Source of the DNA: Octopus vulgaris
Taxonomy: Eukaryota
DNA: 64,000 nucleotides
Reading direction: 5' to 3'
Assembly: GCA_951406725.2 (NCBI GenBank)
Contig: OX597837.1
Coordinates: 45,570,001 to 45,634,000 of the forward strand
Shown here: positions 1-13,539 of the stretch, piece by piece
Layout: every line of letters starts with the position of its first letter
Numbering within the stretch: position 1 is the first letter of the stretch
Made by a program: the position numbers and the translations under genes
The notes under the pieces: generated by a model
The model's database searches: none
What the model was told of the DNA's origin: nothing
Seen by the model: the letters and a program-made list of their open reading frames with translations, nothing else

Positions 1-652
1 AAGCCACTTATCGAAGATGTCACGCAGTGGGATTGAACCTAGAGCCATGTGGTAAGCAACAAGCTTCTTACCATACAGTCAATGCCTGTGCTTATAATGA
101 AAGGATGATTTGAACTCAACTTCATGGTTGTTGTATGGCTTGAATGAAACAAACGAGTCTTAGATACAGCGACTGGACGAAAATACGGTCCGTTATGGAT
201 GCGATAGTCAAACCATGCCCATTACGTCAATTAGCTGCTAATGAATCTGATTAAAGACTATAAAAAGTGGGCCAAGAAACATCTGGATCGTTCCAACGAA
301 TATTTATTGAATATACCGAAAATGGTCACGATAAAATCTAGGTTTTACTGTCGTTGATTCATCATTTCTGCAAATGTCCATTTATCAACAATATCGACAA
401 TAAGCCAACGATATCGACAATATATCAACAACTGCGAATGAAGCGCTGACCACATTTCTGCAGAATAATTAACATTACGGACGCAGGCATGGCTATGTCG
501 TTAAGAAGCTCGCTTTGCGAACGCGTAGTATCGGGTTCGATCCGAGAGCACGGCACCTTGCGTAAGTGTCTTCTACTGACAGACCAATGCCTCGGGAGTG
601 AATTTGAGAGACGGCGACTGTGTGGAAGCCTGTTTCGTGTATATGAATGCAC

Positions 653-757
<105 letters not shown>

Positions 758-896
758 ATATAGTCTAAGTTTGCACTTATCAAACGTACGAAATTCCCGG
801 ACCTTGAGTCACTCTGTTGCTTCTGCTAAATATTAATAAATATTAATATATATATATATATATATGTATGTATATATACAGAGAGAGACATATATG

Positions 897-984
<88 letters not shown>

Positions 985-1296
985 CATATTTCGTGTTCTA
1001 TTTTTTCCTGATGCAAACCTATATATATATAAGTCGCTACTGATCCAAACAAGTGGAAGTATAGAGGAAACGAAGTTGAAAATGCACAGACAATTAACTA
1101 GAATTTATATATATTTTATAATATAAGTATACAATTCATTACTCTCTCCCTTTCTCTCTCACACACACACACATACACACACGACTGCAGTCAACTGAAA
1201 CAAATAAAAGATAAAAGATGTATACATACACTTATATACATTAATTTGTTCTGTCATTTTATGGGTAGTCATAGCACATCTGTCACACATACATCG

Positions 1297-1399
<103 letters not shown>

Positions 1400-1426
1400 T
1401 GTATATATATAATATATATATATATA

Positions 1427-1502
<76 letters not shown>

Positions 1503-1803
1503 TCATATATATTCATATATATTTATATATATACATATATATATATATACCGTTCTCAACAAAAATGTGTCTATCCAGTGAGAGATAAATATCTTTTATA
1601 AAAACGTTATAGGTTTATACGTTTCCTGCTCCGATAACACAGTAGTCAGATGGCCACGTCCAGTGTGTCGTGTACTATTGTTTTGTAATTGGGTGATTGC
1701 AGGATAGTACACGGAACACGCTACACAAGCTCCTCCGACTACTGTACTATCCGAATATGAAACTTATAGTAACCCAGATTTATATCCCGAGTTTATTAAA
1801 TGA

Positions 1804-1838
<35 letters not shown>

Positions 1839-1897
1839 ATGTCTGTCTGTCTGTCTATCCATCCATCCATCCATCAATCCATCCATCCATCCATCCA

Positions 1898-1983
<86 letters not shown>

Positions 1984-1984
1984 C

Positions 1985-2041
<57 letters not shown>

Positions 2042-2220
2042 TTATATTTATATATATAAATTTAGAGGACTGACCACTAAAGTGGACAGCCTATATGCTA
2101 AACATAGACGTCAAATCGCCATTACCACGAAGAATGTGTTCTCAAGAAAAATCTCAGCAAGAAACCAAAATGTAAAAATAAGCAAGACAAATGAAAATAT
2201 AAGAAATAAAAAACGATTAC

Positions 2221-2294
2221 CTATGTACCGTTGGTTTCACTTGTTAATATTTACGTATATGAACACGCAAATATCTACAAGCTCGTCAGCATAG
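2221..2294 (-). ncRNA. Type I hammerhead ribozyme motif (PLE/retrozyme-type)
   Basis: Minus strand reads CUAUG-CUGACGA-G-CUUGU...ACAAG-U-GAAA-CC-AAC-GG-UA-CAUAG. The core is intact and stems I (CUAUG/CAUAG), II (extended) and III all pair. Confidence 0.8.
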
Positions 2295-2398
2295 TCTGTC
2301 GTTTACAAAACATATTTTCCAGAACTAGATACAGAACGCTCAACCGAAATGCAACATGTATAAAGTTCTACAAATTATATTTAGATGTAAACGACAAG

Positions 2399-2455
2399 CT
2401 ATGCTGACGATCTTGATATACGTAAATATTAACAAGTGAAACCAATGGTACATAG
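2399..2455 (+). ncRNA. Type I hammerhead ribozyme motif, inverted partner copy with shortened stem II
   Basis: ctatg-ctgacga-t-cttg...caag-t-gaaa-cc-aat-gg-ta-catag. Confidence 0.72.
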
Positions 2456-2821
2456 GTAATCGTTTTTAATACAATTCTGCATTTCAAATAACATCGTTTG
2501 GTGCATCTGAGGAGACAGTTCAGCATGGATTTACGCCGACGCTGAAAGTTCAAGGGTAAGTGTACCACCTCATTGGTTCTCTGTTACCCATAGACACGTG
2601 TACCCTGAACGTAGTTCTCAGGGATATGCAACGTGACACAGAGTGTGACAACCATGGCCCTTTGAAAAACAGGACACAACGCGTAGCCAGAAACTGAACT
2701 CACGACCTTACCATGATTGCATTATTCAATTAAATGGAGTTGCATGAAATGATCGTACTGCATTACCTCTGGATATCGTTGTTGCTTATTTTGATATATA
2801 TATATATATACATACATATAC

Positions 2822-2895
<74 letters not shown>

Positions 2896-2920
2896 ACATA
2901 TATATATACATACATTTATG

Positions 2921-2951
<31 letters not shown>

Positions 2952-2975
2952 ATACATTTATGTATACATATATAT

Positions 2976-3045
<70 letters not shown>

Positions 3046-3048
<3 letters not shown>

Positions 3049-3124
3049 AAGGAGTTCTACAGGACTAGAACTGTTTCCTTCAGATCTGAATGAAACAGTT
3101 CTAGTCCTGTAGAAGCTCCTTCTA
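3046..3124. repeat. Near-perfect hairpin inside a (TA)n-flanked element
   Basis: tagaaggagttctacaggactagaactgtttc pairs with gaaacagttctagtcctgtagaagctccttcta around the centre ttcagatctgaa. Confidence 0.85.
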
Positions 3125-3199
3125 TAAAATAAATTACTTTACTCTGCTATGTATTGAGTACCTTATTTACTGTGGTTAACCCCGACTCAACCCGGGACC

Positions 3200-3266
<67 letters not shown>

Positions 3267-3467
3267 GAATGTATGTATGAGTATATATACATATATGATT
3301 TGAGGGGATAAATATAATCGTAGCTATCACCTCGTTAGCACTTCGTCTCAGAACCCATAACACCTATTGATCAATAGGATTACCTATCTGACCAGTTCTG
3401 GTATTTAGTATTTAGTTTTGACCGATTTGTGTTGTCCTTGGTCATCGTCCGACAACGACGGACAAAC

Positions 3468-3513
<46 letters not shown>

Positions 3514-3628
3514 CAGCAGCAGTACTAGTAGTAGTAGCAGCAGCAGTAGTACTAGTAGTAGTTGTAGCAGCAGCAGTACTAGTAGTAGTAGTTGCATAAG
3601 CAGTACTAGTAGTAGTAGTAGTAGCAGA

Positions 3629-3689
<61 letters not shown>

Positions 3690-3740
3690 ATTAATTTGTG
3701 TGTATGAGAGTTTTAAGAAAAGATGGTTGAGTTTTGAATG

Positions 3741-3882
3741 AGGTCGACTTTGCCTGTCATCCTTCGGGGTCGATAAATTAAGTACCAGTTACGCACTGGG
3801 GGTTGATGTAATCGACTTAATCCGTTTGTCTGTCCTTGTTTGTCCCCTCTATGTTTAGCCCCTTGTGGGCAGTAAAGAAATA
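3741..3882 (+). mobile_element. 5'-truncated SINE family B with a 16-bp target-site duplication
   Basis: Core gtcgactttgcct.tcatcctt.cggggtcgataaattaagtaccag, flanked by ggttgagttttgaatg at 3725-3740 and 3883-3898. Confidence 0.85.
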
Positions 3883-4359
3883 GGTTGAGTTTTGAATGCT
3901 GTTGTTCTTGGTGCAGTTGTAAGAACAGATAAATTGTTGTTAGATGCTTGCCAGTCACTGACTTCTCACACCATTCACCCTCCGGCTGTTCAATTGCCTT
4001 TCTGTTGTCAGCTGAAGTCCGCCGTCTCTGTCCATCAGCTCCGACAGTGCTTGTCAATGCTCTCTCTCTCTGCTGCAAACCCAGAGCTCTCTCTGTCAAG
4101 TAAATCCCGCTGTGTCGAATTTATTATGCTTGTTGACAGGCTCAGAAGGAAGGGCGCCAAAAGACCAGATCGTCGCTGTTGGTCAGATATTATTGATGAC
4201 GTGGCCGATATCCACATCGCATGATTGCTGAATATTCCCGCAACAATTGTATTTATTTATTTATTGATAAATTATTGTATCGACGACGTTGAAGGTAACA
4301 TGATATGGGATTGCGGAGAATGTAAGAATGCATTTGGGCATATACACGAAAACATACAC

Positions 4360-4618
4360 TTTTACTCTTTTACTTGTTTCAGTCATTTGGCTGCGGCCAT
4401 GCTGGGGTACCGTTTTTAGTCCAGCAAATCGACCCCAGGAATTATTCTTTGTAAGCCTAGTACTTATTCTATCGGTCTCTTTTGCCAAGCCATTAAGTTA
4501 CGGGGACGTAAACACACCGGCATCGGTTGTCGAGCAATGTTGGAGGGAAAAACATACACACAAACATACACACATATATATATATACACAGATACATATG
4601 TATATATATATATGTATG

Positions 4619-4672
<54 letters not shown>

Positions 4673-4822
4673 TAATATATATACGACGGGCTTCTTTGGT
4701 AGCTTCCGTCTACCAAATCCACTCACAAGGCTTTGGTCGGCCCGGGGCTATAGTAGAAGACACTTGCTCAAGCCATGTGGTTCGTAGCAAGCAAAAGCTA
4801 CATTTACCACATAGCCACTCCT
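4360..4822 (-). mobile_element. SINE family A copy
   Basis: Reverse complement of the 44914-45398 family. Confidence 0.8.
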
Positions 4823-4858
4823 ACGCATGTAAATGTATTTTCGTGGTTGAAACCTTTG

Positions 4859-4904
<46 letters not shown>

Positions 4905-4925
4905 TCTCTCTTACACTCTTATTAA

Positions 4926-4963
<38 letters not shown>

Positions 4964-5391
4964 CAACCTGCTGCTTCACAAGCCATTCCGTTGGCGATCT
5001 CGGCTCGCTCAACATGTATCCCCTCTGCCGAAAAGGTAATTGTTTCCACGTCTGCTGATAAGTTGTTTTTGTCTCATTTTGTCTAAAAGTCGTAAGACAC
5101 CCGTTGTTATCCTGTTTTTAACCATTACTGTTTTCAATTTTGTTTTCGTTTCTTGTATTTATATTCGTCTCTGTTGCGTTTACATTCTTTCCTTCTACTA
5201 AGAAATCTAATGCCCACAGCTTAGTTTTTTCCTTGGGGCTGGCCGAGTTGGAGCAAATATCAGAATTAATCAGCCGAAATTTGCCATGATGATTCAGTTT
5301 CTGACTGAAGATTGAAGGCTTCGAATGACTTGTCTGTTTTCCGTGTTCGTCCCTTCGTGTATTTCACGTTCTTTATATATAACTTTTTATT

Positions 5392-5429
<38 letters not shown>

Positions 5430-5516
5430 CCAAACATGAAAACGCAATGAGAAAACACAACAACGCGAGGACGAGGAACAAGTATAGTATTATTGGACGC
5501 TCAGGAAAGAAGGAGA

Positions 5517-5551
5517 GTTTAACGTTTCGAACGGAGCTCTTCGTCAGAAAC
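5517..5551 (-). ncRNA. Minimal hammerhead ribozyme motif in a (TA)n-flanked repeat (5410-5620)
   Basis: GUUU-CUGACGA-A-GAGC-UCC-GUUC-GAAA-CG-UU-AAAC. Stem I is GUUU/AAAC, and palindromic AACGUU replaces stem III. Confidence 0.7.
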
Positions 5552-6514
5552 ATAGGAAAAGGAAAGATCCAAAGGGAGGACGGCGGAAAAAAATCGCCGA
5601 CGGCACACACGCGGTCATATATATATATATAAAACTAGAGAGTGCGCTTACAATAAAAACTTAAAGACAATTTACTCTTTATCGTTTAAAGACGCTAATT
5701 TGATGCATCGTAAAAAATTAGTACTTGCTTTGAACTTTGAAAAGATCCGGCTCAATTTTTTTTTCTTTTTCTCATCGTCAGTTAACATCTATCCTTTTGA
5801 TATTTAAAATACCTAGAAGTTCGCTCATAAGGGATTATGTACATCTTGTCTGAATGGAGTCAACAAACCTATGAAGTGCTATAACACTATATACCATTGC
5901 ATATTTACTTTTTTTTAGTCAGTTGTTTCAAATTATGATGCCTGATGAGGTGAACGAACAATAATAATAATAATAATAATAATAACAATAATTATTATTA
6001 CATATAGAAATTTATAACATATATTGTATTTGTTAGATATCTATATATGTAGCATAGAAAAAAGCAAATTTTCGTTTACCGAAACGATCGGTTTGAATTT
6101 CGCTTTTGCTCATTTTAATTAATATGTAACAGGGAATCGAAACTCTGTCGGTGCTTCACTCATCATCATGTATTTATACATTTTGTACAATTTCTCCATT
6201 ATTATACACACACACACGTGTTATATACATATTTTCGAATGGAACGAAAATGTTTATGTGCAAACTTTGTTAAAAAAAAAGACAAGGAACTTATTAACCC
6301 ATTCCATTAAGAGTTATTGCTGAAAATGCACAAATTCCTACCAAAACTTTTGCTCATAAACAGGAAGTTGTTGATGTCGTCTGAATGCCATCAAAAGTGC
6401 ATCTGGTGACACAGACCGGAAGTAGTTCCATTCATTAAGATCTCTATTAAATACCACACAGTAATTAGAACATAAACACACACATTTTTATACATATACA
6501 TACATACATACATA

Positions 6515-6561
<47 letters not shown>

Positions 6562-7039
6562 CTACACATATGAATACATACAAACACAGTCAATATTCTG
6601 TCGCTAATAAATATTTTTCAATATTTTATATAATCAAAATATTTTCCCTTGTTCTTTCTTCACTTTTCGTGTTTTATGCTTTATCCTTTTACTTTTTACT
6701 AGTTTCAGCTCTAAATCTGAGGCCATACTGGAGCACTAACTTTTCTAAACATCCTTCAGTGGTTATTAATTAAATGTAAATCAGCTCCAATGGCCACATC
6801 GTTCACCTAGTTGTGATAACTTTCACTTGAAAATTATTATTACTGTTATGGTTTTCCTGAGCAGGCACAGGCGTGACTGTATGCTTCTCGTTGACAAATA
6901 AGTTAGTGTGATTAGCCCCAGGTCAGCCCTGGTCAAGCAAACCTATGTTCTAAAATGTTGTAGCTCTAACCAATTTGTCATTTTTGGTTTTTGAAGCATA
7001 GTATATCTAAGAGGACATCATGCAGGGGTTCATCGATGG

Positions 7040-7800
7040 CCGTTTTGATTCTTCTCTTCATGACAATTTATTATATTTAATTCACACGAAGAATCCAGTG
7101 GAAAGCTTTCTTCTTTGACAGAAAAGTTAAATCAAATGACAAACCTGAATGTGGCGACCTGCTAAGAAAAGTATTCAAATCTAGGAGGAACCCATCGACT
7201 AACCAACACTTAACCAAATTTGAAGAATGTATATTCCGACTTGGTCTGTAACATGTGCAGAGTCCGATGACCCCATTGCTACATCAAAAGCATTCTCCCT
7301 ATCTAATCTACTCCATAATCTATCATCAAAATCTACTTAAGTGGCTCACGCGGCAAGTATATCTATTTCGTGTTGGGACAAATTAGGATTTTCCATGCTA
7401 TAAGTCAGTGCTTTATTGAGGACGATTGGGTTAATAGTGGCGTAATAACTCACTAATTGCTATTCTTACTAATTTCTAGAAGCTTAAATCATCCAACCAC
7501 CTCGTCGGGTATCTGCCCAGAGGGATAATCTAATTTTAGACTTCAGGGCGGGTAGTACTCAATCAATGATTTTTTTACTAATAATCCCTGTAGCGGATTT
7601 AGAATGACAAATCAATCTGAGGGGTCAATAAGGAAATTAGGTTATGGTCCTTAAGCATTTCCTGTTTTTTACTTAATTTTTGAGAGCGGTCGGGTTCATT
7701 TACAGTATATAGTATTCTCGTAAGTGAGAGCAGTCGAGTTTATTACAGATATTCTCATTTTAAAAATCATCTCTGGCTAATCATTGAGAGAACGTTGATG
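7040..7800 (-). mobile_element. Decayed Penelope-like element RT fragment with an inverted N-terminal piece
   Basis: Minus strand gives LKDH, YYATINPIVLNKAL and RLWSRLDRENAFDVAMGSSDSAHVTDQVGIYIL (FDVxMGS type of PLE RT). Plus strand at about 7085-7195 gives RRIQWKAFFF...FKSRRNP. Many frameshifts. Confidence 0.65.
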
Positions 7801-8109
7801 TTGCCCTGGCGGAGGTTTGCGCTCTCTGAGTGCTCTTGGTATTATTATTTTAGTTTCTTTGTCAAAGTTCGTTCGTCACACATCCTGTGACCTCTTCAGC
7901 GACTCTCTGTCTTTCTGCGGTATGTGTCATCGTGATACGAACTCAGAATGTATAATATTGCAATGCATTTTTTTTAATGCCCTACTGCTTCTGCCAGGCC
8001 ATTACAACAACAACAATAATGATGATGATGATGAATATGACGATGATGATAAAGATGATAATAATAATAACAATAATAATAATAATAATAATAATAATTT
8101 CAACAAGAA

Positions 8110-8184
8110 TAAAAAATGAAAGAAAAAACAAATGCAACAAAATAAAAAACAGAAGCATATTGAATATTTCCGATAAGATTTATT
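8110..8184 (-). promoter_or_regulatory. Candidate polyadenylation signal and U/GU-rich downstream element for INTS13
   Basis: AATAAA on the minus strand at 8184-8179, followed about 20 nt later by gcttctgttttttattttgttgcatttgttttttc. Confidence 0.45.
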
Positions 8185-8272
8185 GATGAGAAAAATAAAA
8201 ATGATAATAATAATAATAATGATGATAATAATAATAATAATAATAATAATGATAATAATAATAATAATAATG

Positions 8273-8318
<46 letters not shown>

Positions 8319-8445
8319 GTAAAAAAATTATTAAAAACATTTTTCAAGTTACAGCACCACCGTTACTAGCAACACCAACATCATCATCATTGACATCGTC
8401 ACAGTTGCCAGTGCCGCATATCAGTGAAATCAGTACTAAGCTTAG

Positions 8446-8477
<32 letters not shown>

Positions 8478-8533
8478 TTCTCCTCCTCCTCCCTCTCCTC
8501 CTTCTTCGTTGACAACGACGACAACGATGACAT

Positions 8534-8582
8534 CTAGAGTTTATTTGTCGAGTTCTTCGGCGATGTGTTATCTACGGATTCC
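8534..8582 (-). CDS. INTS13: Probable last coding exon of INTS13, phase 2 in
   Basis: Strong acceptor tatttatttcttgtaccactgcag|G. Gives ESVDNTSPKNSTNKL*, a short polar tail similar in length to the vertebrate tail after KEEN. A poly(A) signal candidate follows. Confidence 0.65.
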
Positions 8583-10179
8583 CTGCAGTGGTACAAGAAA
8601 TAAATAAATAAATAAATAAATATAAAGTGCGATAAGAAATATTGGCAACACAAGAAATTCCACATAGAATTTTATAAAAAAAAACCCAAAAATATGGGGG
8701 AAAAAAAGCAGCAAAAAAACAAAACCCAAAAGAAACCAAAACAACAACAAAATACACTTTTTTTTTTGTTCAATAAATGATAATTGCAGAAAAGAGCAAA
8801 ATTGTTGTTGTTGATGGTGGTGAGGGTGGTGGTCGTGGTGGTGGTCGTGGTGGGAGCGCTGATGTCGTTTTTGTTGGTGTTGTAGTTGTTATTTAGCCCC
8901 AAGTCAAGTCGGCTCTGATCAAGCAAAAACTTGTGATTAATGGACATGTCAGCCAATTACCCAGCCAGCCATGACTGTGCCATCGCTTTCCCCGAGGCAC
9001 AGTGCCAACAGCGCAACATTATGTAATGGATATTTTTTTTTATTTTCGTGATGTAGTAAAGAAGAGTAAGAATATGGGGGGAAGCTTTGGCTACCATCTC
9101 TAGGAATGCAATCAGACATTATTTAGAGGCTTCCTAGTAGTGGTAGTAGTAGTAGGAGGAGGAGGAGGAGGAGGAGGAGGATGGGGAGGAGGAGAGGATG
9201 GGAAGAGGAGGAGGAGGGGGGTAGAGGAAGCAGGGGATGAAAAGAATGAAGAAGAGATGGGGAGAGGGAAGAGTAGAAGAGTTGGAAAGGGAAGAAGAGA
9301 TGGAAGAGAAAGGTAGAGATGATGGAAGAAAAAGAGGAAGAGGAGGAAAGGAAAGAGAAAGGAGGAGCAAGAGGAGAGAGGAAGGAGATGAAGGTAGAGA
9401 TGGAAGAGAGGACGGAGAGGAAGAACAAGAAAGAAGTTCAGTTTGACACCACACAACACATACACACAAGTCATACAGAGGGTGATGCTTTGAGACAAAA
9501 CCTAAGTCACTTCAGTGACAATCTACACTAATAAAACGTTATGTATTTGCTCTACATTATGTAGTGAGTTCTCTTTCTTTCATCTACAAAAACAGATATA
9601 CCATCTGTTCCGCATTCATCAGGTGAAGTAATATGACACAGCACCACCCTATCTTAAACATGTAGCTAACTATTAAGCATTTTATTGTGTGCCTTTGATA
9701 GATCAGTCAGTATGCAGTCAGCACACATCTAAATCACACATACATATAAACGCTGATGTATGTGTGTGTGTGTTTGTGTGCGCGCTTGCATGTTTGGCAT
9801 CACTATAAGCAGGGGAATAGCTGAGCGATTGAGATCCTTGCTTTATGACCATATATCAGGTTTCAGTCCTGCTACACAGCACCTTGGGAAAGTGACTTTA
9901 TATACACAAGATGCAGTTTATATTATTTGTTCCCTATGTCCGTTTCACTATTGTGGCTATTTGCATTCTCTGCAGCAAAGGTTCCAAGTTCAATTGGGTT
10001 TTCAACCACAACAGTACATCAGTGAAAAAGCTTTATTGCATTAAGTTACAGAGATAAAATGCTTCATGTAAGCACAATGGTAAAATATACACTGGGGAAA
10101 AATAATATGAACTGTTGTGTTTATCATAATTTTCTCTGTATAAGGTGCAGGCGTGGCTGTGTGGTAAGAAGTTCGCTTA

Positions 10180-10585
10180 GACTCTTGATATCAAGAGTGA
10201 AGAGAAGTTTAGAGGAGCCACGAGGGAGAGAGAAAGAACTGAAAAGACAGAGAGCATGGTTAGTATCATGGATGTGTGAGGGGATATAAGCCACTAGGAG
10301 GCATGGACAGAGTCAAGGTATTTAGAGATTAGTTCCATGGGGCAGTTACAGGCGGAGATGATGGGGTGGCCAGTGTTGTTGGGCTTATGAATTTGGGGAA
10401 GGAAATAAATGGGGGGGGTGCGAGGAGTGTAGACAATGAGGTTGGAGGCGGTGGGAGGGAGACAGGAGGATGAGATGAGGTCAGGGATCTTGGAGGACAG
10501 CCTGTTGGTAGCTAGGCATGGGATTTGAGGGCAGAAGGCAATAGGAAGTGTCTTGAAGTTGGCGGAGAGCTTCAGCCTTGTAGAG
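10180..10585 (-). mobile_element. Penelope-like element RT fragment
   Basis: Minus strand reads PPTASNLIVYTPRTPPIYFLPQIHKPNNTGHPIISACNCPMELISKYLDS, then after a frameshift SHIHDTNHAL...LLFTLDIKSL. This is the typical PLE YxLPKIHK..GRPI motif. Confidence 0.85.
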
Positions 10586-10644
10586 TTCTGTGTGCTACAC
10601 CACCACGGCTGTGCAACATCTTAAATAACAATAAAATGATAATA

Positions 10645-11078
10645 ATAAGGAGATATTTACATTGGGAAATATGTAAACACTACAAAATCAGCACTCCTGC
10701 TTACTGGTATGAACATCATCCTGAACCAGTTGTTGAAGGTAAAAATGTCACCAAAGTCTGAGATTTCCCAGTCAATACTGACAGGATGATCCAGACAAAT
10801 CAACCAGACATAATTATTAAAGACAAGGGGAAAATACTTGTAGACTAATAGATGTAATTAATAAAAGTATATCTGTAAGGGAATTTGACAAGCTTAGTAA
10901 ATATAAGGACCTGAAAACTGAAATCCAAATGATGTAGCATCTTAAAACAAAATCTGCTCCTGTAAATGTAGGTGCCCTAGCTATAAAAAAATAAAAAAAC
11001 AAAGAGAGATGTCAGAAACATCTAGACAACATCCCAGGAGAGTCATGTATCAAAGAAATCCAAAAGAATGTGCTGACA
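10645..11078 (+). mobile_element. R4/Dong-like non-LTR retrotransposon relic, restriction-like endonuclease C-terminus
   Basis: YLHWEICKHY...WYEHHPEPVVEG...DFPVNTDRMIQTNQPDIIIKDK...LIDV...KLSKYKDLKTEI...VGAL. PD..D motif, with stops and frameshifts. Confidence 0.8.
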
Positions 11079-12299
11079 TAACAACAACAATAATAATAAT
11101 CTTTTCTAGTATAAGTACAAGGCCTGGAAATTGAGGGTAGGGGATAGTTGATCACATCAAACCCTGTAATTGACTGATATTTAATTCATCAACCCTGAAA
11201 GGATGAAAGGCAAAATCAACCTTGGCAGAATTTGAACTCAGAACAGTTCTGTCAGCTTGCCACTTTAATAATACTAATAATAATGGTTTCAAATATTGGC
11301 AAAGGCTAGCAATCTTGGGGGAGGGGTTAAAGTCAATTAAATCAACCCCAGTATTTAATTGGTATTCATTTTATCAAGAGGATGAAAGGCAAAGTCAGAA
11401 TTTGAACTCAGAACATAAAGACAGACAAAATGCCGCTAAACATTTTCTCCAACATGCTAACAATTCTGACAGGTGGCGCCACCTTAAAACGCAGTAAATA
11501 ATAATACATATTCACATACAACCACACACACATTTTAACTGCAATACATATCTTATGTCAATGTATGCAGACATACACACATACTTTAGTGTAATAATAT
11601 TCTACGTATCGCATACACACACACTGACAAGCAGAAAGAGAAAAACAGGGTGGGGGGCCGAGACAGAAAGTGAAAGAAGGAATGTGTGTGGGGGGAGAGA
11701 GGGAGAGATAGAGATGAATAAATCAGCAAGTGTCTAGCCCCAGAAGTTAATAAGAAGTAATGAAACCTCAGAGTGTCTCTATCAATGATTAAATCACAAT
11801 TGACGAACAACGACCAGGGAGAAGAAACAAAAAAAAAAAAACAAAAGAAAAAAACAACAACAACAAAGAAACACAAACATAAACTCAATCCAATTACTTC
11901 CATTGATAAATTTAAAACATTAGAGACAAACAGAAATAAAACAGGAATAAAAGTTGCTCGAATACAAACAAATACAGAAGAATAATAATTTGAAAGTTGA
12001 AAAAAAAAATTTATACAAATTCACAAAAATAAAATATTAAAATATCAAATATAAAAGACTGATTCTTGATAAAACTGACATTATGTTGTTGCAGCATCCC
12101 TTAAATGTCTTTTATTATTAACAATTAAAATACTTGATATTGTGACCGTCCACACCGAATGATACCAAAAGTCTTGTAATGTCATTATTTCCACAGACTT
12201 GGTTAAGTTTTAAACATAAACACATTAATTCTTTGTTTCCCATTTATGGCTTCTGTCATTTTTAAATATTAAATAGTCAGTCGTTAAGGTTTCCATCAA

Positions 12300-12453
12300 T
12301 TAATAATTTCCACCAACAGTTTTTTTTTTTTTTGGCTGTTCTCTCTCTTTTTTTTTTGTGTTTTGTTTTGTTTTTTGTCCTCTGCTCTGCTTCCGGAATT
12401 TTAACATTTGTGAACTTTTCTTGTAGCTTGACATATTAATGAAGGTATGTCCA
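12300..12453 (-). CDS. Candidate alternative last exon of INTS13, phase 2
   Basis: Acceptor ctccattggctgcag|T. Open for 50 codons in the required phase (GHTFINMSSYKKSSQMLKFRKQSRG...GGNY*); the other phases close after 5 and 16 codons. Minus-strand AATAAA at 12116-12111. Confidence 0.35.
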
Positions 12454-12642
12454 CTGCAGCCAATGGAGATATATATATATATATATAACGATGATGATGA
12501 TGATGATGATATACAGAGTCCGCTCAAAAATGTATGCACACTTTGGGAAAGGAAAATTCTGTATAAATATATTTAACCTGCATAAGTATTTCTATTAAAT
12601 ATAGTTATCACTTTCGATGTTTTATCAAATTGCAATAATACT

Positions 12643-12812
12643 GTCTCAGAGGTGTTCCACAAACCGGTCAGCCAAGCAGCGTCCCGTTTGCCCAATGTAT
12701 AGAGAATGGCAGAGAGATCAGGAGATGCAGTAGATGATATTGGTAGAAGTGCAGATATATATAAAACTAGCACTCCATCGGTTATGACAATGAGGGTTCC
12801 AGTTGATCCAAT
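12643..12812 (-). mobile_element. Partial second copy of the PLE GIY-YIG segment (duplicate of about 13347-13510)
   Basis: Shares ggtcagccaagc.gcgtcccgtttgccc.atgta.agagaatggcagagag...ccatcggttatgacaatgagggttcca with the copy above. Confidence 0.85.
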
Positions 12813-12855
12813 ACAGATTTTTCCTTTCCTGAAGCATGTATGCATTTTTCTGATG

Positions 12856-12893
<38 letters not shown>

Positions 12894-13029
12894 TCAAAGA
12901 GAGTTAGAGGTTGTGAATCCAACCAAGGGACAGTATCTCTCCAATATACTGCTGGTAGAATACCTAATAATTAATGGGGAAGGATAGGGAAGGTGGGGTT
13001 GGAATGTGTAGGGGTGGGGTGGGCTTACG

Positions 13030-13510
13030 AGGGAGGGGTGATGAGGAAGGAGAAGGTGGGTAGGAGTGAAGGGAAGAAGTAGGAGTCGGCGTAAGAGAGG
13101 AGAGGTGAGTGGGAGGATGTAGGTTTGAGAGGGGAGAGGCGAGGGGAGGAGGTTAGATGAAGAGGGGAGGAGAGCTGAGCCCATGTGGTGCAAAGGAGCG
13201 AAGAGAGAAGATTAATCCCTGTTCACGGTGCAAGCGGGAGTCCAGATGGCCCCTATGCAAGGACAGTCCAAACACAGATAGGTGTTGCAAAGAGTGACCA
13301 GTAGAGCGGAAATGGCACGAGACTGGGGTGTCATAGCCGAGTCGGATGTCTCGGAGGTGTTCCGCAAATCGGTCAGCCAAGCGGCGTCCCGTTTGCCCGA
13401 TGTACAGAGAATGGCAGAGAGAGCAGGAGATGCAGTAGAGGATATTGGTAGAAGTGCAGATATATATAAAACTAGCCTTCCATCGGTTATGACAATGAGG
13501 GTTCCATTTT
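13030..13510 (-). mobile_element. Penelope-like element 3' part with GIY-YIG endonuclease
   Basis: YCISCSLCHSLYIGQTGRRLADRFAEHLRDIRLG...HFRSTGHS...REQGLIFSLRSFAPHGL, followed by a pyrimidine-rich tail on the minus strand. Confidence 0.88.
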
Positions 13511-13539
13511 ATCCAATCAACAAAACAGTATGCTCATGA

